Both the position numbers and the translations under genes were made by a program. A stretch of 64,000 nt of DNA, taken from NCBI GenBank assembly GCA_038883795.1, contig JAVZLK010000001.1, positions 1 through 64,000 on the forward strand, read 5' to 3'. Source of the stretch: Candidatus Bathyarchaeia archaeon. GTDB lineage: Archaea; Thermoproteota; Bathyarchaeia; Bathyarchaeales; Bathycorpusculaceae. Under the pieces are notes generated by a model that saw only the letters and a list, made by a program, of their open reading frames with translations, was not told the origin of the DNA and ran no database searches. Position 1 is the first letter of the stretch, and the number at the start of each line of letters is the position of its first letter. Of this stretch, positions 60,089 through 64,000 are shown one piece after another.

Positions 60089-61933
60089 TTAATCAAAGAG
60101 TTTAACACGCTTTTGAAGCTGCTTGGCAATGTCCTCCAATCCCAACTTTTTCAATGCTGTTTTTGTTGGAATCCCCCGTTCATCCCAACCTCGTTTTTTG
60201 TAGTATCTCCGCAACATAACATCATACTTTGTTCTGTCGAGTTTTGCTCCTTTGAAGGAACCCTTAGTTAATGGTTCCTCGAACCATCTTGCTGGCGGAA
60301 AATCCATCTCAGCGCTCCATTTTTTGCCATATTCGCGAATCCAGAAAGCACGAATCAAATTGAAAATCCTATCAGCAATAATATTCAATTCTTCCCAACT
60401 CATCTCCAGTCCAGTGACAGCGTGCAAAAACTTTGTGTACCATTCAAGTTCAAAGCCAAGCTCAATCCATGGAAGCCTACAAACAGTTAACGACTCAAAA
60501 ACCCCTCCACGGATGCGCTGAAACTCTATAACCTTATCAACCTTTTCCTCGCTGTAGCTTTCACGTCCAAACTTAACTTCCCAAGAAATAACCCAAGCAT
60601 CCTTGTGGTGGGCGCCGATGGAGCTTGTTGCATAAGCCAAAGCCATAGCTGGAGTAGTGTGACAATCGTAAGCGGAAATTTCCAAGCCTTTCACATGCAT
60701 AGCCCAGCGACTTGAGTTCTTGCCGATTTTTTCAGCTGCAAAACGAACCCCTTCGGCTAAAAGGTTGCCTAAACCACGTCTGTAGGCTATATCTTCAATC
60801 AAACTTTTAGTTTCCTTAAACTTTCCCCAAGAAACTTTCTCTTCAATCAAACCCTTTTCAGAGGCTTCCATAGCAAAACCAATGACATTTCCTAACGAAA
60901 TCGTGTCTAAGCCAAGTTCGTCTGCAACTCGGTTGAGGGCTGCAACTTGTTTTAAGTTGCCTAACCCAATGTTTGAGCCAAGCATGGCAACATTCTCATA
61001 ATCAAGTTCGCTCGCTCTCCTATCCGAATCCTTTACAACATTGCCGCATGTCATATTACACTGTGGACAGCCACGATTTGATGTTTTAATTTTCTCCATG
61101 CTAAAGCCGCCTATGGTTTCTGCCTCTTCAAAAACGCCTTCACGATAATTATATGTTGGAAGAACACTGTTTTCTTGGCTCCACTCAATAGTCATCATTG
61201 TCCCCTGCCTCTTCCAAAAGGCATAGTTGGGCTTAGTTAAAACTTCTCTGTAAGCGTCCGCGCCCAACTCCTTCATTTCTTTAGGATAGGCAGCAGACAA
61301 CTCGCCAGAACCAACAAAAACCACAGCCTTCAAATTCTTCGAACCCATAACAGCTCCCATTCCAGGTCTTCCACCAGCACGTCCTTCCTGCGAAACTATA
61401 TTCGCAAACTTTACAAGATTTTCTCCGCCAGGCCCTATGCATAGGATTCCAGCCGTAGAACCATAAACCTCTCTAAGCTTTCTCTCAGCCTCAAAGGAGG
61501 ATGCGCCCCAAAGGTCTTTGGCGTCCAAAAACTCTGCTTGAATGTCTTGGACAAGAAGAACTATGGGCTTTTTTGCTTTACCCTCAATGATTACAGCGTC
61601 GTAACCAGCTTTCCGAATTTGAACAGCCGCATAAGTTCCAATGTTTCCATCACCATAACCTCCAGTCAAAGGACTCTTTGAAGCCACGACCATTTTGCCG
61701 CTGCTAGGCAAGGCAAAGCCAGTTAATGGACCAACAGCAAAAACCAGTTTATTTTCAGGAGATAAAGGTTCGATTCCGGGTTTAAGTTCATCCCACAAAA
61801 TCTTGGCGGCAAACCCCCTCCCGCCCAAAAAATTTTTTGCAAAGCTCGCATCATACGGTTTTGCAACTGCCTTGCTTTTACTCAAATTTACATACAAAAG
61901 TTTGCCATTCCATCCATACATATCTAACGCCAC
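60089..61933 (-). CDS. aor: tungsten aldehyde:ferredoxin oxidoreductase family protein
   Basis: GGRGF, SKSPLTG, GRAGGRPGMGAVMGSKNLKA, CPQC...C, DELGLDTIS. Confidence 0.94.
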   Translation of the reverse strand: MALDMYGWNGKLLYVNLSKSKAVAKPYDASFAKNFLGGRGFAAKILWDELKPGIEPLSPENKLVFAVGPLTGFALPSSGKMVVASKSPLTGGYGDGNIGTYAAVQIRKAGYDAVIIEGKAKKPIVLLVQDIQAEFLDAKDLWGASSFEAERKLREVYGSTAGILCIGPGGENLVKFANIVSQEGRAGGRPGMGAVMGSKNLKAVVFVGSGELSAAYPKEMKELGADAYREVLTKPNYAFWKRQGTMMTIEWSQENSVLPTYNYREGVFEEAETIGGFSMEKIKTSNRGCPQCNMTCGNVVKDSDRRASELDYENVAMLGSNIGLGNLKQVAALNRVADELGLDTISLGNVIGFAMEASEKGLIEEKVSWGKFKETKSLIEDIAYRRGLGNLLAEGVRFAAEKIGKNSSRWAMHVKGLEISAYDCHTTPAMALAYATSSIGAHHKDAWVISWEVKFGRESYSEEKVDKVIEFQRIRGGVFESLTVCRLPWIELGFELEWYTKFLHAVTGLEMSWEELNIIADRIFNLIRAFWIREYGKKWSAEMDFPPARWFEEPLTKGSFKGAKLDRTKYDVMLRRYYKKRGWDERGIPTKTALKKLGLEDIAKQLQKRVKLFD

Positions 61934-61991
61934 TCTAAAGTGGTTTATAGTTTCTATTTAAGAGCAAATAAAATTAGTGATGTAAAAAGGG

Positions 61992-63278
61992 CTAAATTAC
62001 CAGTTTTTCTGGCTCCACCCGTCTATTTTTTAAACCTAAATCGCTAACCTTAAACTTTCTATCTCCATAAAGCAGAGCATACTCTTCACCATTGTAAAGC
62101 GCCGCTGCAATCCTACCTATGGCATCAGCCTTCATTATTCCGCTTCCGCTGGCGCCACCCACAACCATCAAACCATTTTCCTCAAAAACTAAAGGCTGCC
62201 CATCCAGAGTGTTAATTTCATACAAGCCAGCAAAAGCCGAAAAAGGTTCACAACCAACAAACTGCGGAAAATATTTCACCGTAACTTGATACAACCCGTA
62301 ACGGTAAAAGTTTTCTTCAGGTTCTGGATTGTCTTCAATCTTAAAGGCTCTTGGAAAATCATCAGCATAAGCCAACCAAAAAGCTTCCTCTTCAGGTGCT
62401 GGACGAATATAAGAAGAGGGTTTTGGAAAGATTGTGAAGGGTAGGCAGCCAGCACTCGTGAATTCTTTTGTGTAAAGAAGCTTTTTGAGGGCATCAGTTT
62501 TTGCTTTAACAGAAAAAACTTGCCTTTTCTTAGCCTTAATAAAACATTCAATTCCAATGGGGTCAAGAAGTTGAGGAATCCAAGCTCCGGCCGCAACTAT
62601 CGTCTTCTTAGCCCTTACAACGCCTTTAGTTGTTTTCGCCCCCACCACAGCGGCATCTTGCCAAAAATATGGTTCGCCAGGCATGCCAAGCGGTTTACAT
62701 GGCTCAACAATAATTTCCTTAACTTCACTATTGTACTGAATTTTGCCGCCTAACCTGAGAAATTCAGACTCATAAAATTTGACGAGGGAATCAACATCAA
62801 GCAAGCCAGCTTTAGGAATTAATATTCCCTTGTAAACATCTCCTAAACCCATCAGCTGCGCCTCTTCATCGCCAGCGAAACTTGTCCGCATATCAAGCTT
62901 TTTAGCCAACTCTTCCACCTCATACTCTTTATACTGAAGACCCCTACCAGCCAAATCTTTCAAAACAGGAAGCATTCTGCCGTATCGTTCCTCGTCAAAA
63001 AGCCACAAATAACCAATCCACCTCATTTTCAAATCAAAACCCAAATCCTTCTCGATATGCTTGTAAAATTCAACAGAAGAATCAGCTAAAGCAAAATTCG
63101 TGCGAGAATAAAAGAAACAACGAAAAGCTGCAGCGCTCTTTGCTGTGCTACCTTGCCCCGCAGCGCCCAGCCTGTCAACTACCAAAACATTTGCTTTAGG
63201 GTTTCTGACTTTGATGTGATAAGCCGTTGCCAAACCCAAAATTCCAGCACCAACAACAAGCGCATCACACTCAACCAT
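61992..63278 (-). CDS. FAD-dependent amino-acid oxidoreductase (sarcosine oxidase/proline dehydrogenase beta-like)
   Basis: VVGAGILG, GST.KSAA, AAGAW, AGLYE.NT.DG.P, SGSGIMK. Confidence 0.85.
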   Translation of the reverse strand: MVECDALVVGAGILGLATAYHIKVRNPKANVLVVDRLGAAGQGSTAKSAAAFRCFFYSRTNFALADSSVEFYKHIEKDLGFDLKMRWIGYLWLFDEERYGRMLPVLKDLAGRGLQYKEYEVEELAKKLDMRTSFAGDEEAQLMGLGDVYKGILIPKAGLLDVDSLVKFYESEFLRLGGKIQYNSEVKEIIVEPCKPLGMPGEPYFWQDAAVVGAKTTKGVVRAKKTIVAAGAWIPQLLDPIGIECFIKAKKRQVFSVKAKTDALKKLLYTKEFTSAGCLPFTIFPKPSSYIRPAPEEEAFWLAYADDFPRAFKIEDNPEPEENFYRYGLYQVTVKYFPQFVGCEPFSAFAGLYEINTLDGQPLVFEENGLMVVGGASGSGIMKADAIGRIAAALYNGEEYALLYGDRKFKVSDLGLKNRRVEPEKLVI

Positions 63279-63436
63279 TACATTTCCCCCGGCAAGGAAA
63301 ATCTAAAAGTGATGCCAACCATTAATAAGCTTAGCTCTTTAAATATCCCATTTTAATGGCATTTGGTAAGAGAACACTTATCTATTTCCACGAAATATGA
63401 GATAGAGCAAAATGTCAAGACTTGGAGGAAACGCAT

Positions 63437-64000
63437 ATGTTCGTTAACAAAAAAGCTCTTTCAACTCTAATTATTATAATTCTTCTCTTATGCTCAGTTG
63501 TTTTTGGAGCCCTTGTATCTTACTTGTGGGTTATGTCAAGTTATTATAACATGCCAGAAAACACCACAATGCTCATAGTGGAAGAAGTTGTCTTCCCAGA
63601 TTTTCCAAATTTGGATTGCACCTATTTTAACGTAACAATTCTTAACCCATCCAACTCCCTTTCTGATGCGAATATTACTGCGATCCAATTAACTGTAAAG
63701 GGTAAAAATGAGGTATGGACTATCAATACAACAGAGCCGGAAATAAATTTCACGATAAGAAGAGGAACAAGGCAAACTTTCAAATGCCTAAAGAATTGGA
63801 GCGACTTTGCTGGACAAACAGTGGAAATTGAACCAGTTGCAGCTAACATATCAGCATTAAGCTATTCATGCCAAACACCAAACGTAAAACTAACGTTACA
63901 ACCAACCTTTAAAGTAGAAGAAAGCGTAGAATACTTCAACTTAACTGTGATAAACTCAGGAGCCCTAAACCTCACAATATCAGACATAATAGTACAAACC
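63437..64000 (+). CDS. archaeal pilin-like secreted glycoprotein (5' part; runs off window)
   Basis: SD GGAGG; MFVNKKA|LSTLIIIILLL class III signal peptide; frame open for 188 codons; many N-x-S/T sequons. Confidence 0.7.
   Translation, partial: MFVNKKALSTLIIIILLLCSVVFGALVSYLWVMSSYYNMPENTTMLIVEEVVFPDFPNLDCTYFNVTILNPSNSLSDANITAIQLTVKGKNEVWTINTTEPEINFTIRRGTRQTFKCLKNWSDFAGQTVEIEPVAANISALSYSCQTPNVKLTLQPTFKVEESVEYFNLTVINSGALNLTISDIIVQT

Overview
64 kb of archaeal chromosome. Gene content (topo VI, ABCE1, aIF5B, thermosome, EndoQ, Cgi121, two tungsten AORs, PEF-CTERM protein) fits a Bathyarchaeia-like TACK archaeon; this is an inference. Most of it is housekeeping and heterotrophic metabolism: glycolysis, an alpha-glucan cluster, Thr/Gly catabolism and peptide fermentation. 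There is one tRNA-Glu(CTC); no rRNA, CRISPR, transposase or integrase was seen. Highlights: (1) a clear fluoride (crcB) riboswitch heading a four-gene operon with no fluoride exporter (terpene-cyclase-fold protein, DUF6062-like protein, two RHH/coiled-coil proteins); (2) a three-gene insertion of an SPL-like radical SAM enzyme, a TcmP-family methyltransferase and a convergent HEPN-like protein; (3) a ~105-bp intergenic element present twice, each copy just 3' of a W/Mo-pterin gene; (4) an unannotated 25-aa (EEEEW)n peptide with a strong SD; (5) a candidate C/D box sRNA; (6) an AT-rich surface-anchored glycoside hydrolase gene. All family calls come from motif recognition by eye, not from database searches.
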